From assembly GCF_964204645.1 (NCBI RefSeq), contig NC_134033.1:10734655-10798654 (forward strand): a DNA stretch of 64,000 bases, written 5' to 3'. The position numbers and the translations under genes are program-made. Of this stretch, positions 62,130 through 64,000 are shown piece by piece. Position 1 is the stretch's first letter. Each line of letters starts with the position of its first letter. The notes under the pieces were generated by a model. That model was not told the DNA's origin and did not search any database. It worked only from the letters and a program-made list of their open reading frames with translations. The stretch comes from Tubulanus polymorphus (taxonomy: Eukaryota; Animalia; Nemertea).

Positions 62130-62895
62130 ACTTGTGGTTGTCATTCCTGTGGGTTGTATAATTCTGTGGGTTGTTAGGGTAATCATTCCTGTGGGTTGTT
62201 ATTAGTATCATTCCTTTGGGTTGTTTTGGATATCATTACTCTGGGTTATGGTTATCATACTTGTGGGTTGTTTTGGATATCATGCCTTTGGGTTGTTTTG
62301 GATATCATGCCTTTGGGTTGTTATGGGTATCATTCCTGTGGGTTGTTTTGGATATCATGCCTTTGGGTTGTTATGGGTATCATACTTGTGGGTTGTTTTG
62401 GATATCATGCCTTTGGGTTGTTTTGGATATCATGCCTTTGGGTTGTTATGGGTATCATTCCTGTGGGTTGTTTTGGATATCATGCCTTTGGGTTGTTATG
62501 GGTATCATACTTGTGGGTTGTTTTGGATATCATGCCTTTGGGTTGTTTTGGATATCATGCCTTTGGGTTGTTATGGGTATCATTCCTGTGGGTTGTTTTG
62601 GATATCATGCCTTTGGGTTGTTATGGGTATCATTCCTGTGGGTTGTTTTGGATATCATGCCTTTGGGTTGTTATGGGTATCATACTTGTGGGTTGTTTTG
62701 GATATCATGCCTTTGGGTTGTTTTGGATATCATGCCTTTGGGTTGTTATGGGTATCATTCCTGTGGGTTGTTTTGGATATCATGCCTTTGGGTTGTTATG
62801 GGTATCATTCCTGTGGGTTGTTTTGGATATCATGCCTTTGGGTTGTTTTGGGTATCATTCCTGTGGGTTGCTTTGGGTATCATTACTGTGGGTAA
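62130..62895. repeat. 25-bp minisatellite with variant units (tgggttgttttggatatcatgcctt)
   Basis: About 30 copies. Explains the three overlapping ORFs at 62196-62960. Confidence 0.96.
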
Positions 62896-63148
62896 TTTTG
62901 CAATGGTGCTTTGTTCTACATCTATACCTTCTACATTTGTGTAAAATGATATTTATGTGAGTTACATTACTATAAGTTCCGTTAATTCTGCGTTTATTCT
63001 CTTTGAGTTAGGTTCCTTTGGGTTCCTTCAGTCTACATTTATACAGGTTTGGTTCCTTTGAGTTCATTTAGGTTACATTCTTGTATGGGTCTGGATTGCT
63101 CTCTGATTACACTCACGTAGATTCGTTTCGTTTTATGTTTTGATTCAG

Positions 63149-63573
63149 GAATCCGTATTTCAATCGTCGTCCCCGATTCGTCGACGTGAGAGCACACCGC
63201 TGCTCGATAAAATCCGCACGGATATTGCATTGATGAAAGAGAAAATCTCGAAACCCGAGAAAAAAGATGCGAAAACGCGCAAGAAGAAAGAAGACTCTTC
63301 GATACTGAAATACGTGCGAACGCAAGTGAAAAATCTGTGCCACAGCCCGATGGCGATCATGAATAAGTCGGCGCCGATTCTATCCGAGGAACATTTCACC
63401 GACATGTTACCCGTCGCGTGGGAATTGTTGCTGGAAAACGATCAGGAATTATCGGCAGCTGCTGCGTCCGTGTTCATTCTATCGTCGATTAAGGTACCGG
63501 ATCAGGTGCAGGAACTGATGGCTAAAGAGCTACAACACGAAGACGTCAATCAACGCATCAACGGTATATTGAG
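63149..63573 (+). CDS. unc80: unc-80 exon P (ESVFQ...PVAWELLL...RINGILR)
   Basis: Acceptor attcag|GAA, donor AG|gtcagt, phases 0/2. Confidence 0.94.
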
Positions 63574-64000
63574 GTCAGTGTAAAAACATGTACATGGACA
63601 TTTACATTTCCCTGTTCATGTGCATCTACATGCACCTGTGCATGTGCATGCAGATGAAACACATGTTCCTGTACATGTATTAGGTATGCCTACACATATG
63701 AAATATGTGCATCTACGCATAAGAAAGGTATAGTAGAATCAGCCCTTATTTGTAAACTTTCAAAATCTAACTTATCTACTGATAAATGCTGGATCTAGAC
63801 ATATCAACTCTCTACTAGATTTTGGGTTTACGTCACTATGGGTAACTCTGCTATCTCCATCAACTTCTACTTTACTTGTTCAGAACTGTTCAGAATTTCT
63901 ATCGTTTCTACAGTACCCTATTGATGTTTCTATTGGTTGGTCTGTTTATCTTCATTCCACCCGATGATGGCTGTTAGTTAACAGCCAAAATATTGTGTGT

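Larger units (their letters stand above)
35939..63573 (+). other. unc80: unc-80 gene body (partial: 16 coding exons; 5' exons and 3' half lie outside the window)
   Basis: The spliced translation matches recalled UNC80 motifs in order: SFERVLVQN..SISRWRLIQAA, YFDVGVLRCLF..WSEDG, GCPNGCGDG, YCDVRQ..FRRVALS, CCHPGSFPD, LECAHFVHRCNRGDWP, CPYALKMVACQLL, PVAWELLL. All 15 introns are GT-AG and phases match. Confidence 0.95.

Noticed and set aside
62196-62960. Three overlapping hydrophobic ORFs resembling membrane proteins
   Set aside because: 25-bp tandem repeat inside the intron between exons O and P, which join in frame.

Overview
Repeat-rich animal genomic DNA, probably from an invertebrate bilaterian (taxon inferred, not determined). 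The only protein-coding gene I can support is unc-80, the large auxiliary subunit of the NALCN/NCA sodium-leak channel complex, on the + strand. I reconstructed 16 consecutive phase-compatible GT-AG exons from 35939 to 63573 (5333 nt, about 1777 codons). I could not find the N-terminal exon(s) (the 'LPIQTFLWRQ...PKLGK..EASC' segment), so 1-35938 is most likely one very long intron. The gene continues past the right edge. Nearly all other listed ORFs are artefacts of micro/minisatellites or antisense shadows of GC-rich exons. Introns hold many tandem arrays, several MITE families (piggyBac-like TTAA, Harbinger-like, hAT-like) and two tRNA-derived SINEs. Most notable observations: (1) a tandem plus inverted cluster of Penelope-type minimal hammerhead ribozyme motifs at about 51.45-52.12 kb; (2) two in-frame alternative 5' splice-site extensions of unc-80, one ending in a protein-level duplicate of the normal exon end; (3) MITEs that appear to seed minisatellite arrays; (4) a 50-bp array carrying a CTCF-like motif in each unit; (5) a 19-bp P-element-like footprint with a 7-bp TSD.
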